DNA from: Paramecium tetraurelia | Lineage: Eukaryota | Assembly: GCA_000165425.1 (NCBI GenBank) | Contig: CT868660.1 | Coordinates: 620,001-684,000 of the forward strand | Direction of reading: 5' to 3' | DNA length: 64,000 nt | Shown here: piece by piece, positions 11,344-26,232 of the stretch | Numbering within the stretch: the first letter of the stretch is position 1 | Layout: each line of letters opens with the position of its first letter | Made by a program: the position numbers and the translations under genes | Notes under the pieces: generated by a model | The model's database searches: none | What the model was told of the DNA's origin: nothing | The model's input: only the letters and a program-made list of their open reading frames with translations

Positions 11344-14300
11344 TCATTAAAAGAGTATATTTAAAAGCTTATCTAATTCTTATTTGTGTACAGTTGGTGA
11401 TCCACTTGCTGTTGATGCTGATGGTCTTCTACCACAAAATGTTAAATATTGATGTTTAATTTTGCTTTATTGATGTAGCAAGGATAAAACCTAAGATAAA
11501 TTTTGATTATACATTTTAAATTCTTGGTTCTAGATATTGCCAAGCACCTGAGTTTTAATGTTCTTCTTAACAGAACACAAATTCTGCATTCTCGTATTAT
11601 TAAGCAACTATTCTGAAATGGTCATATGCAAAAAGGTGCTAATTATTCTACTCTAATGATGGCAACATCCTAAGTTTATTAATAAATATTTACATTTCTT
11701 TTAGTGTCTTGTCTTTTCTATAAAATGTCATAATAAACTTAACCATAACAAATGACAACCTTTTATATTTCTTTAGGAGCTTTAATTTCTTCATGAGTAT
11801 CAGGAATCAATCTATGGAATCTGGTACCTTCAAGGAAAAGAGAAATGTCAGAAGTTGCCTTAGAAAATTTAAGTAATCTTTTAGAATTGAATAAAATTAA
11901 AGGTTTTCTAAAGTCCCTTCTTAGTTATCTACGAAGAGAGTGGAAATAATTTGAAGGGTTTGAACAGACACACACTTAGAAATTAGAATCGAGAATTTAT
12001 CTTTTAATTCTCTACTCTTTCATCTGAAATACAATGTTAGGATCATCATCCATCAATTATAAAAATCTTTCCATTCTTCCACTGGAATGTTCAGGTCCTT
12101 AGCCATCTAATCCATGAGGTAACATCATAACAAGTCCTGAGGGTACATTCCATTTAGATTCTCCTGAAGTAATGAAATTGTCAATCATGATTTAACATCC
12201 ATTAGCAAAATCTCCAAATTGTCCTTCCCAAATTGTCAGAACATTAGGATTAGATTGAGAATATCCATATTCGAATCCTAAGACTCCATATTCTGACAAT
12301 GGAGAATTATAAACTTCAAATCTGTTACTTCCTCCAGCAGGTATTTAATTTCTAAGTGGATAATATTTGATGTCTTTCTTTTGATCATTAAGGACTGCAT
12401 GTCTTTATGAGAATGTTCCTCTTTCACAATCTTGACCACTCAATCTTATGCTGAATCCTTCATGTAACAAGGTACCAAAAGCCAAAGCTTCAGCTGTACC
12501 AAAGTCAATTCCTTTTCCTTATTCAATTGACTACTTTCTTTATTCATAAATTCTCTTAACTTATGGATGAACAGTCAACTCAGCCGGTAAATGATTAACT
12601 TTCCCGTTCAACTCTAATAAATCCTTCAAAGCAACACCAGTATCCTTTACCTTTCCCCATTTGGTCACTTATTAAATCTTTTCCCATGGTTTAGGTACCC
12701 AATGTACTTTATCAAAAGTTTCCTTTTAGATGTTTTTATAAGCAGTCTCAAGACTATTGTTTAACTTCTTAATTTCAGTACTTGCAAAATCATCTGTAAT
12801 GACTCCATTTTTTCTTAATTATTGATCATATAATTGAAATACAGGTTTTTATTTATTAATGATTTCATACATTTATGGTTGAGTGAATGCAGGTTAATCC
12901 TATTCATTATGACCATATCTTCTATATCCAATCAAATCAATTACAATATCCTTTTTGAATTACTATCTGAATCTAACAGCAATTTTGAATATTTCTTCTA
13001 CAAGATCAGGATCATCAGCATTAACATGAATAATAGGTACATCAATAGCCTTAAGCAACATCTGTACAATATAAACCAGATCTACTATCAATTGGAAGTT
13101 GTAGTAAATCCAATTTGATTATTAACCACAACATGGATAACACCTTCATTTGAATATCCTGTCAAATTTTCAAGTTATAATGATTCATAGACAACTCCTT
13201 AACCAAGCCATAGCAGCATCTCCATGAATGATGATACCTAAACAGTTTTGTTTATTTCCACAAATGTCTTACAATGCTCTAGTCTTACCTTATACAACTG
13301 GATTGACAGCTTCTAAATGAGATGGATTTGGTAACATTGTCATTCTAATATGATGTCCATCTGGGAATTATTAATCCCTTGTGACTCCCAAATGATATTT
13401 CACATCTCCAATATTACCCCATGATTCTTCTATTTCTTTACTGTATTTATTTTAAAATTCTGCAAATATTATTTCCAATGGTTTCTTAAATACATTAGCT
13501 AATGTGCTTAATCTTCCTCTGTGAGCCATTCCCACAATGATATGTTCAACCTTATTTTGAGCACATTAATCTACAAGTGCTTCTAAACCTACGATTAATG
13601 TGTCTGTGCCTTCAATTCCAAATCTTTTGCTTGTTGTGAATCTGTTTTTCAAAAACTCATTAAATAGGTCAACTCTAGCTAATCTCTACCAAGTAGCTGT
13701 TTAAGTCTCCTTACTTGGTTTCCATTATGCTATTCTATCCATTTCCTGTTCAACCCAATGTTTTTATTCGGTTGACACCATGTGAATGTATTCAACACCG
13801 TATTTTTTTGTATAGATTTAAGATAATCTATCATAGATTTCTCTGATTGTCCACTCCTCCTTGGCTTCCATAAATGGCTATTGAATAGCAATTATCATTT
13901 ACATAGATAAATGATCTTTAATCCTTGTTTCCAAAATAAATTGGGATATCCAATTCTTCCTTCTTAAACCCAAAACTATCCAAAGTCATCTCTGGTCTCG
14001 AGCCCTTCACTCTTCCGTATTCTTTTGTGTTAGGTAGATCTAATCGAAAATCACAATAATAGATTACTTAATGGATCTAAATCAGCCAACTAATGTCCAC
14101 ATACGAAAAACATTCTAAACATGTAATAAGTGCGATATAGCAATATATTTTGTTTAGCATGATCCAATGGATTCAAAGATGTTGTGCCTTAGACTCCTGC
14201 TCCACCATTTATCTATTTATAACACAAAAGTAAACTTATTCGCTAAAATATTGTCTCCATCCTTCAGGAACTGATTGAGGGCTCTTTTACCAATGTTCAA

Positions 14301-14364
14301 ATAGCCCGCTAACATATGTTGCCGAAAATGGATATCTAATTAGTTTATTTGAGGCTCTTATCAT
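11344..14364 (-). CDS. OGDH: 2-oxoglutarate dehydrogenase E1 component, mitochondrial
   Basis: [115 protein letters not shown]. Confidence 0.98.
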
Positions 14365-15457
14365 CTAATTAAAGATATTATTTATTAAAATTATTCACAT
14401 AAAATACATCAAGAATTATTATAATATCTATTTATAATAATTATTTAATGAAGCATAAACTCCAGGACTAATTATTTATTTATAATAATTCGTAATTTTA
14501 TGAAAATCTCGAATCAAAATTTTGAAATATATTTATTATTAAATATTAAATTACGCACTTTCAACCCTTTTCAATTTATCATCAATAACTGTTAAATCTA
14601 TTTCCTTTTCACTATTTATTTGCTATTAAAATTGAAAATTCCATTTCTATTTATTTATATTCATCTATTCCTATTCATAATATGTCTCCTTCTTCCAAAA
14701 ATTATATTAAAAGTTTTTATTCTTCTTTAATAGTCTTCAGAAGTTGAATACAAATATAGGATGACTTTAAATTAATGAATTGATGAATGTAAGCCACACA
14801 GTTTATATAAAATCTTTATTTTTCTTAATAATTTGACTCTTTCGTTTTCTAATCCATAAATTACAAAAGATTTTAAGGAAATATAATGAAACATTAGGTA
14901 TTTAAAGGTTTTTTTGGAATTTTGATCAAAAAAACTTAATAATTTGATAATTAAAAGAATCATAATAAAAATTAAAAAAATTCACTCTTGAAATTTTTGG
15001 GAATTATATTTCTATATACGGATAAATCTATTTATTCCATTTCTTTCACTCTCAATAGTGGAATTTTTGAAGTTAAATCTTAACGATATTTACTTGTGTA
15101 TTTAACATTTGAAATTATAAAATTCACTTGGAAACACTTAAATGTAATTTATTTACAGTGGAAATTAAGAAAGGTTACTTATCTATTGTTGTCATTTTTA
15201 TTATGAAATAGAAATTTTTTTAAGAGATAAGAAATTGTTGAACAAACTAAGCTTTTGAAATGAGAGATGTGTAAGAATGAGCTTATATAAATTTAAACTA
15301 AATGCATATCTTATATCAAAATAATTTAAGATTTTGGATATCATACAGCTTTTTATTCTATTTATAAATAAATTATCCAATCAAATTAATATAAAATTAC
15401 GACATTTCATTCTTAATCAAAGAATGTGAATTTTTCAATAATAATAATAAAAAACAA

Positions 15458-15708
15458 ATGGCAAGATAATCTAAAGGTTAAAAGAAAGGTCCCAAAGCAG
15501 GTAAGATTTCATTTGAATTTGAATAGCTACTAAAAAAATTGCAAAAAAACCAGCTGGCCCAAGATAAACTAGAACAATCAAGGCTGCAGTTGCTGAGGCT
15601 TAAGCCACAACTTAACCAAGCGCTGGATAAAGAAAATTGCCAAGATAGAACAGAAGAAACAAGCAAGCCAAAAAAGCTAAATCAAAGAAAGCAACATAAA
15701 AAAAATGA
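15458..15708 (+). CDS. 74-aa very basic K/A/R/P-rich protein, linker-histone-H1-like candidate
   Basis: After removing intron 15501-15526 the ORF reads MARQSKGQKKGPKAATKKIAKKPAGPRQTRTIKAAVAEAQATTQPSAGQRKLPRQNRRNKQAKKAKSKKATQKK*: 18 K, 7 R, 14 A, one acidic residue. The CDS is well supported; H1 function is inferred. Confidence 0.7.
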
Positions 15709-15757
15709 ATGGATATATAATTAATAAAATATTAAAATAAAATATTTAATTGATTTC

Positions 15758-18108
15758 ATGTTTTTCAAGTAATAATCATAGATGATTTAAGCTTTAATCG
15801 ATTCTTCGGATTTTAGTAAAAACTAGATAATTTATTAAAAAATGAAGGCTTGACTATTGAGACTATTTTTAATGAAGATGATATATTGTAGGAATTAAAA
15901 GGATCAAGCTCAGCAAAATTCGCCGACTTGTAATTAATATAGTTTCATATAGCCTTATTTAACATCCGCAGGAATACAAAAAAATGATAGGGTATATTGT
16001 AAATGAAATTAATGATGACTCTCTTGATAAGACTTGTAGAACAAAGTTTTTTAATATATAAATAAAAATAGATACCCTTTCTATTCCAGTGAGATTTTGG
16101 GATAAGAGAATGAAAAACTCATAAACTTTTTATTTGATAAGCCAGAGGATGATATATTTGATGGAATCAATAATCCAATTGAAGATGATGAAACATAGCA
16201 AGTAGGAACTTCGGATAAGAATAATAATAATCAAATTGAAGACTAAGAAACATAACTAGAAGCAACGGCGAAAAAGAATGAAAAATTGAAAGAGAATGAG
16301 GAGATAAGGGCAAATTTGTTAGATTATTTGTTACAACTACTTGAGGATGACGCTTTGAATGTTACAACAGCAGGTTATTTGGCTAAGGCTTTAAATACAA
16401 TAATCCTAAAGAGGGGACTTTGTGTAAATTATTTTGATTAATATTAAGTTTTGGGAACATTTGAAACACAATCCACAGGTGATTTCAAACTTGTTTAAAC
16501 ATTGTTATCTGAAACATATTGTAGACATTATTGATAGATTGATTTCTTTGGAGGACAATTATGAATAGCATAATGAATATATGATTGATAGATTGGCCTT
16601 ATTACAAAGATTGGCATAAATATTAAAAGCAAAAGAATACTCATAAGTGATAGTTTAAAACATATGTGAATTATTTGAGGGATAGTTTAGAAAAGCTGTA
16701 TAATAGTATGAAACTTAAACATAAGAATACAAAAAGATGTTATTACAATTTGTATAACAAATTACTCCTTCATATTTTATGTCGATTGCTTTATAAACAT
16801 AATAAGCAGTCGCCTATAATGTAATAATAGCATAGCTAGAATTTTTAAATAAACTGGCATTCTAAAATGAACATCAGGATTAAATTGAAAATACAGAAAA
16901 AGAAAGTCTTAAGATTCCAGATATCGTTCCATTGTTCTCACTCCTTATCAAAGACTTTTCAAAAGCTTTAAATTAATAAGATTAATTTAATATTTCATTT
17001 AAATCTACAGTTGGTACTTGCATTACACCTTTAGGGGAATGTAAATTATCATTAATCTAACTGATAAATAATTTATTAAGTAAATCAGAATTACAAAACT
17101 ACTATTCCTATAGCATATTTTAATCAATAATCAATCTTGTCAAATAGCATCCTTCAAATAATTAATTGCATCTATTATTCGAAAAAATAGTATTGGCCGT
17201 TTTTGCATCAAATAATGAATAACTTCAAAAATCTATGTTCTCAGAAACCAATTTAATCACATTTATTATTGAGAATAATAACGAAGAAGCTCGAAAGAAT
17301 AAATTTGGATTTTAAGGAGTGTTGACACGCCTTTCAAATTATTTACATTAGAATGCAACCTAATCTTAATAATTTCAATTGAGTTTATAATAAGGTAATC
17401 TATCTTATTTAAATAATAGTGAATGTTAATTGGAGTCAATATATGGATGGTTTAAATGAAGTTAATAAAAAAGAACAGGAGTGGATCTTAGGAGTAAATC
17501 CAAAATAAAAATCATTTTAATTATCTGAAGAAATTTCAAGTCCAAATATAATAATGCCTGAACCTCTAGTTTAATATGCATATACATAACCTTCAGGATT
17601 CAGAAAATGTGAAAGTTTTGAAAATAGTGATGAGGACAATGAGGGTAAAAATGAAGAAGAAATCTAACACGATTAATAAGAACAAAAAATTGAACCAGAA
17701 CCAGAAACAGAAACAGGAACTGGTTAACAATAAGAAGTGTCTAATTAGAATAATAATAACCAAAAGGATCCATTAGATTTCGATTCTAATCCTGATGTTT
17801 AAGAAGAAATTATCAAAACTTAAGAATAAAATATACCTTAGGATGAAGAGAAAACTGAATAAAATTAATAAATTGAATAGGGCAAGGAAAATGAAGGTAA
17901 AGACAATTAAGATGATTAATTTTAAATCTATCAATTAGAGCAAAAATAGTATACTAATGAAGAGGTAATTCACACTCAGGAAGTGTAAGAAGAAGATAAT
18001 CTAAAGCCATAAGAAAGCATTCCAGAACAATAACATATACCAACAGATGATAAGGAGCCTAATTAAGAAGAGTAAATCAAATAAGAAGATATTGGATAAT
18101 AGGAATGA
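15758..18108 (+). CDS. SIT4-associated protein (SAPS) family / PP6 regulatory subunit
   Basis: TIETIFNEDDILQELK, YPFLSSEILG, LNVTTAGYLAKAL, PLGECKL, HPSNNQLH, GFQGVLTRL; acidic E/Q-rich C-terminus. Confidence 0.85.
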
Positions 18109-18346
18109 AATATTATTATTTTTACATTGTAATAAATAAATTTCATCTTTAAATTGATTGTTCTTTGACCAATGATAGATTTGATGAATTTCAATTGATA
18201 ATATTTTGAAATCCTGAATAAAGTTATTTTTCTCTATATGTCTCTTACTTTTTAAGGTTTAATCTTTTAATGATAACTTTAGAATGAATATGTTTTATGA
18301 TTGAAGATTTAACTTCTTACTTATTTTATTAAAATTTAAATTAATA

Positions 18347-20701
18347 ATGTAAGAGCCATTTAAAGTGAGTATTAGAGTGAAGCCTTATGAGGGAAGATCA
18401 AGATTCCTCACTTAGAGAATAGGAAAAGAAACTGTATTATCGAAATAATGAAATAGATTATATAAGTAGAATGTCCAACTCAGACAATACGAGATCCTGA
18501 TACATATGAGTAACGATCATTTGCATTTGATAATGTGTTTAATGAAGGAGAGAGCACACGAGACATATATGATACAGTAAGGGAATTTAATATATAATAC
18601 TAGTCAATATCATAAATGATTTATGATTGTGTTTCTTAAGGTTATAATGGAACAATTTTGGCTTACGGCTAAACAGGTTCAGGAAAGAGTTACACAATGT
18701 TTGGCAACTTATATGATCCTTTAGTAGAAAATGATGGATTAGTTTCAATGGTTTTAGAATAATTATTCCAAATGAACGTTAAAATTAGTATTTCATATTT
18801 GGAAATTTACAATGAACAAATACGAGATTTAATTGGAGATTAGGTTGGTTTGTAGTTAAATGAAGATCCTATTAAAGGAGTCATGTTATAAGATGTATAG
18901 GAATCGTAAATTATGACGATAGATTAAGCAAAATCAATAATAATTAATGGCAATTAAAAAAGAGTAATGGCTGCAACTAATGCCAACCAATTCTCTTCTC
19001 GATCTCATGCTATTATATAATTATTTATTGTAAATTAACAATATCAATGCAAATTATCCTTAGTGGATTTGGCAGGAAGTGAAAAAGCAAATGTAAATGA
19101 AGGTAGCAAAGGAATTAGATAAATGGAAGGAGCGAATATCAATAAAAGTTTATTAGCTCTAGGCAATTGCATCAATATGTTGGCTTGTGATTAATCAATC
19201 AAGAAGTTTGTGCCTTACAGGGATTCAAAATTAACAAGACTTTTAAAAGACTCTTTGGGAGGCAATACTAAAACTCTAATGATAGGATGCGTATAACAAG
19301 TAGTTCAATGTCATGAGGAGAGTATTAACACTCTAAAATATGCATCAAGAGCCAGAGCAATAAAAAAAAAGATTGTCTAAAATATTAAAATTAATGAGGT
19401 CACAAATTGTAATTGCAATTGCAATTCAGAAAATGTTAGTTTATTACAAGCTGAGATTGAAGCATTAAAATAGGAAGTATCATTCTAGTGTATATAATTA
19501 TTAATAATATTATAGGTTAATTGACAGAAGAAGAGATTGAAATAAGATTGAATTTAAAGCAAATAGATTAATTGCAATTTTAAAACAGAGAAGGCTTAGA
19601 ATATTTGTTACAATAATTGAATTCTGAGATGGTTGATGAAGATCGATTAAAGAATGATATAATGCAATATGAAAGAGCTATTAATGAGAATGAAGCGCAT
19701 TAGATAAGAGTTAACTTCTTAATTGTAATCTAAAAAGAAAGAAAGAACTGATCCAAGAGACATTCAAATTGAGATGCTTAAAAAAGAAATTACTTTTCTC
19801 AGAGATCAGATTAAATAAAAGGATTTAGTTATTGATTCTTTGAAAATGGATAAAGATAATAGTAAACAATCTAGACCACATACTAGTTATTAAGAAACTG
19901 ATAGATCTAAAATGAATAAAGAGAATTCTATTGAAATCGAAGTCAGAAAAGATAGTTTACAATACTGTGGATCATCTAAATCTATTAAATAGCCTACAAG
20001 CAGAGAAGAAGAATAACATCTATAGAAATTAAATAAAGCCAGAGATAATTATAAGATTTTTAGGGCTAAAATGATTCAACTCTAAGAAAAGATGAACTAT
20101 TACACTAAAAATGACATCTAATTAAGCTAAAATTAATTAAAAGAAATTATTGATATGATGAATGAACTCTCAACTCAGAATGGTCCTGTTCTAAAACAAG
20201 ATGAAGAAATGATTATCTATTTTCAAAAATTCATTAAGTCTTAAACTCAGAAATCCTCATAACAAATAACTCAAACTACATTAAATAATCAAGTAACTAC
20301 ACCTTAACAAAGATCAAGGAGTGTTAATCCCAATCCAATTAGAGGAAAAGGAACTTCTTAGCACTAAAGAAAGCCTTTATAACCTACCAATTAATCACCA
20401 ATGAATAGACAATTATTCAGTAATCACACTAAATAATATCAGTAACTAGTTTAAAAAGCAAAAAAGGTATAATAATGATTTGATTTTAGGAAAGTTGTCC
20501 CACTCCGTAGAATAAATAAAAGTTCATTTTGGAATACGTAAAGAAAATGGAAAATCCGTTACCGAGGGGGAGCAACAAGTCCCCACTGCAATCATTCAGC
20601 TCAGATAATTCAGATAAGTATTAATTCACTAATATAAGACCAGAGACGATATTATTAAGCGCAGTTTTGTCTAAAAAGTACCATTTCAATCAATTTAATG
20701 A
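18347..20701 (+). CDS. kinesin motor protein, kinesin-8 (KIF18/19)-like
   Basis: [102 protein letters not shown]. The 3' end depends on an inferred final intron. Confidence 0.92.
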
Positions 20702-20892
20702 TATTATTATTTACAATTATTATTGTCTCATTAAAAAAAACCTAATTTATTCATTACTCTCATATTACAAATTATTTTTATTATAATCCATCTTAAAATC
20801 TTATGGGGTTTTCGATAAATCATAAAGCTACTATGATAATTCAGATTTTTGGATTATAAAATATTTTCAACATTCAATAATTAAATTTAAAT

Positions 20893-21066
20893 ATGGATAA
20901 TTCTAAATCGAAAGAAAATTAACAAGTAGAGCCATTAAGACCTTGCTGTGCATGCCCAGATACAAGAAATCTAAGAGATGAATGCATTATTTCTTTTGGA
21001 GAAGAAAAATGCTCAAAGGAAATTGAAAACCATAAACTTTGTTTGAAAAAACTTGGATTTGAATGA
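20893..21066 (+). CDS. COX17: cytochrome c oxidase copper chaperone COX17
   Basis: EPLRPCCACPDTRNLRDECIISFGEEKCSKEIENHKLCLKKLGFE*: CCxC plus twin Cx9C. Confidence 0.95.
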
Positions 21067-21757
21067 AGTTGATTTAAAATTAACTAAATATGAATTCAAA
21101 TTCTTTTTGAGCCCAATTCATCCTAGAACATTTTTATATATTCCTTTTTCTTGACTTTATTCTATATAAATAATATAATATTCAGCTAATATATATATTA
21201 TGAACTTATTTAAAGCAATAGAGTAATTTTCTACTTTCAGGTTCTCAAATTCTATAATAGATATCCTCAACATTCTGAAAAAGAATATTATGATTAAAAT
21301 TGTTCAAAGCCTAATCTATACAATATTAGAAAGTAAAAATAATAAGTGATTTGTATTTAATTGAAATGTAATGGGTCTAAGGTTTAAAAACAATATGGAA
21401 ATACAACAGAACTATTACTAAATATTAGAAACAATAATTTTTAATAAAAATTTATCCAGGAAAGATGCTTCATAAATATTATCATTGAAAAAGAGTGATA
21501 TATATATCTGATGTAAGAAATTTGATTTGAGGAGTTGCTAAACTTACCTAGAAATATCAATAAATTAATATGGATTTAATCAAGCAAATTTCTTAACATA
21601 ACTTCATTAGAAAACAATGTATTAGCTAAAATGTCTATTATCTAATACCATAATATACAAAGAGATTAACATCAAAACAAAATTTTTAAAGTTCTTTAAA
21701 ATAGTGAATGTGTCAATTTAATAGTATTATTAATTTATTTTATATTATTGATTAACT

Positions 21758-22671
21758 ATGGTAAAGAATAGCTTATATAATAGTCAAAAGTATCCGTGGC
21801 ATCTACTTACACTATAGGGGAATCAATATCATCTCTAGATATTAGTTAAGAATACACAGCTGCAGGTTTATTAGATGAAACAGTGGCATTATGGAAGGAT
21901 AAGGTATCGAAGGAAAATGAACCATAAAGATTGGAAGGGCATTTCTTAGGAATTGTGGATGTCAAATTCTCAAATAATGGGGAATTACTTGCAGTAAGTT
22001 CACTCGATAGCGTTATACGTATTTGGGATTTAAAGAAAAGCATAAAAGCAAAAGAGATAGTCTGTGATTAGATGGAGAATTGGAATATTTGTTGGTTGAA
22101 AAATTATATATGTACTGCTGGAGAAGGAGGAAGATTGTCTATCTTTGGTATTGATCAAAATCAAGAGGAAATCCCAGTGTTTTCTGTTGAAAATTCATTT
22201 GCCTCCGCTTTGGCTGCAAATAATGCAAATATTGCTGTGGGAACAGATAGTGGGTCATTGCATATTGTTGAAGATCCTATTGAAAAGAGAAAATTGCATT
22301 CGAAAAAAGTTCATAAAAAAATGGTGAGATCTGTAAAATTTAGTAATGATGGTTTTAAAGCCTTTTCTAGTTCAGATGATGGAGATATCAAATTAACTGA
22401 TTTAACTAAAATGAAAGAGATTAAGACATTTTAACATCATTATTCTGTCAATTCAATCGATGTTAATCCAATAGATGATAAATTAGTTGTCAGTTGTTCA
22501 TCTGACTACAAAGTTAGATTATGGGATACATCATCTGGATAATGTATTGAATAATTTAATCCCTTTGACAAAAAGGATGACAAATTATGGGCTGTCAGAT
22601 TCAATAGGGATGGATCTCTAATTGGAGTTTGTTCATAATAAGGTTAATTAAGTTTCTACAGTAGAAATTGA
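21758..22671 (+). CDS. WD40-repeat protein, WDR61/Ski8-like
   Basis: ATG followed immediately by intron 21761-21783; AAGLLDETVALW, LEGHFLGIVDV, AVSSLDSVIRIWDL, HKKMVRSVKFS, SSSDDGDIKL, VSCSSDYKVRLWD. Confidence 0.8.
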
Positions 22672-22736
22672 AATAATAATAAGTTTTATAACCAAATGTT
22701 TATCAATACTTTAGATATTAAATATAATTATTAGCA

Positions 22737-24069
22737 ATGAGTTTTCTGAACAATGAGTCTGTAATAATTGAACAAAATCTTCCTTAAGATATATAAGAAT
22801 CATTTGCAATAATAACTACACATGTCGGAGTTCCGAAAGTAATTGAGGATTACTCCTAAATTCCTGAAATTATATAATTAAAATCTGGGCTTATGTATTC
22901 AGAATAGCACCGGTTAATGTAATTTCATAGGGTCTAACCTCAACTTTCGTTTTTGTAAGGATAGGAAGATAAAAGTGTAATTTTATAACATGATCAAATT
23001 CGAGGATTGAATTCTGAGAGAACTGAAAATAATGCAACATTGACATCCGCCATCATGTAATCTGGATTGTTCACCCACGAAAACTTTAGTCAACAACATG
23101 AAGGATTTATTTTGAAAAAAACAAAAAAATTATTTCAACCCTTCAAATAGATATATTGTCATTTTTAGGATGGAATTTTAAGTTTTTATTAAGATTAGTA
23201 AAAATAAAAAGCTAGTTTCATACTCAATTTGGGTCTCTTTTATTTCTAATATTATAACAAACCAATTGTAAACAACGAAATATTTGAGTTTGGTTTAAAG
23301 TGTAAGAATGACAATAAAATATTTCAGTTTAAAGGACTTACTAGTAATTCATGGTTTTATTTGATCAAAAAATTCATAGATAATGTTCGCAATAAGCCAA
23401 TAGTATAGTTCTATTTGAACCCATTTCCCCAATATTATAAAAAACGATTAATAACAAATGATTAATTTCAACAAATGAGTTAAACTGGGGATATTCTTCT
23501 ATTTCAAACCAAATCTTGCAGTTCTAAACTACAAAGATTGTTAACTAGATCAAATTATGGTATAATTACATCCTAAAGTAGATCATGTTGCCATGATATT
23601 AAAATATTAGTCTGGTTCTATTTATATTTTAGAAGCAACTGATTAGAATGGAGTGGGAATATTTGACTGGAATTCCATGACTAACTAATTATGGTATGAA
23701 TTATACTCAATGTAAAATATAATTGCCTATTATAGGGTTGTATATCGATAGCTTCAATTAAAAAGGAATATTGATTTTTTATTATAAATTGAAAAATTTG
23801 TCAAAGAAAACGTGGGCAGATAATATCAATTAAGCTTTACAAAACTGTTGCAAGATAAATCTACAATTGTTACTTCATAAAATTAACATGAAGATCCAAC
23901 TTATTTTTGTTCTTAACTAATTGCAAAGATTTACAAATAAATTGGATTACTAAACTAGGATAAATCAGCTAACTAGTATTGGCCTGGATCCTTTTCTAAT
24001 GAAAAAGAGGACATCTAACTTAAGAACTGTTCTCTCTCAGATGAATATCTTATTGGATTTAATATGTGA
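22737..24069 (+). CDS. PH-like domain plus permuted papain-like (NlpC/P60, YaeF/YiiX-type) amidase domain protein
   Basis: HEGFILKKTKKLFQPFKQIYCHFQDGILSFY (PH-like); QTGDILLFQTK...RSNYDHVAMILK...ILEAT...TYFCSQLIAKIYKQIGLL...YWPGSF (His precedes Cys). Confidence 0.8.
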
Positions 24070-24369
24070 ATTAATTATTGTTGTACTCAATTTAAGTTCT
24101 TTTATAAATAATACTAAATTTCTATAATAATGATATTTTTAATTGATAATCTAAATAGTTTCTTGTTGAAATTTGAACACTATCTAATATTCTCTATGAA
24201 ATACGTATATATAGGGTTTATTATTAATACATATAGTATTTTAGAAATAGAATTCTCTAAATATAAATATTTACACTAATTTCTCAAGTTAATAATTTAG
24301 ATTATTGATAACTTGCGGTTAAAAATTCTGAATAATTTTTATTAAATTTGTTTTATTTTTTTAATTCAG

Positions 24370-25431
<1,062 letters not shown>

Positions 25432-25485
25432 TAGATTGTTTCTGATTATTATAATTATATATTGTTTATTAAAATAAATTAATTA

Positions 25486-26232
25486 ATGCTGAAATAATAA
25501 GATTAATAGCAGGATGGATTTGTTAGTTTTATGTTAGAAAAGGAAGATTCTTATGTAATGAATCACAGTGAGACTCCTATTAAAAATAACAAAGATGAGG
25601 ACTATTATAAACAATTAAGTAGGTAATTTTATGGTCAGAAAAGTGAAGGTATGTAGTCTTATGTCTAATAAAGCAGCGAAATTGGCACCAAAGATCGATC
25701 CTGCAGTGTTAAAATATAAAATTGTATCTCGTACTTTTATCACCAATTCAGAGAGATAGAAACCTGCAATCTCAGTTCCTACTATCAGTGAATAATTGTA
25801 ATAGGTATAAGTTTATTGTAATAATTCCTTTTCCTATTATAGTAGATCTAGAAACTCTTATCGTCAAGCAAACCTCAATTCTAAAGTAGCATCTAAAGTA
25901 CTTAAAAGAAAAGCATTCATTCTACATAAAAAATAAATAAAATTAAAAATTTGTATATGTAATAATAGCCACCAAAATTTAATATTCCTATTCCAATCAA
26001 AAAAATGAATATTCTTGAACCTCGAACTTATCGATTAAGAATTGAAGAATCGGCAGATCAATTTAATCAAATTACTCTAAATTCATATAGAAGCACATTA
26101 AACAGCAGCACCAAAAGTATTGCAAAATAAGATAAAATTTCAGATAATTGTTATCCTATCAAATTGTAAACCTAATTACGAGAAGATAACTCAAATAATG
26201 TATTTAAAATATCATTTCGAAATAAATATTGA
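25486..26232 (+). CDS. hypothetical protein
   Basis: MLKQQDQQQDGFVSFMLEKEDSYVMN... with probable tiny introns; ends ...FKISFRNKY*. Confidence 0.55.

Noticed and set aside
14561..14963. Possible minus-strand hypothetical gene
   Set aside because: Frames could not be joined with a credible intron.
15478..15724. ORF-track ORFs 15478-15666 (-) and 15539-15724 (+)
   Set aside because: Antisense or wrong-frame shadows of the spliced basic protein gene 15458-15708.
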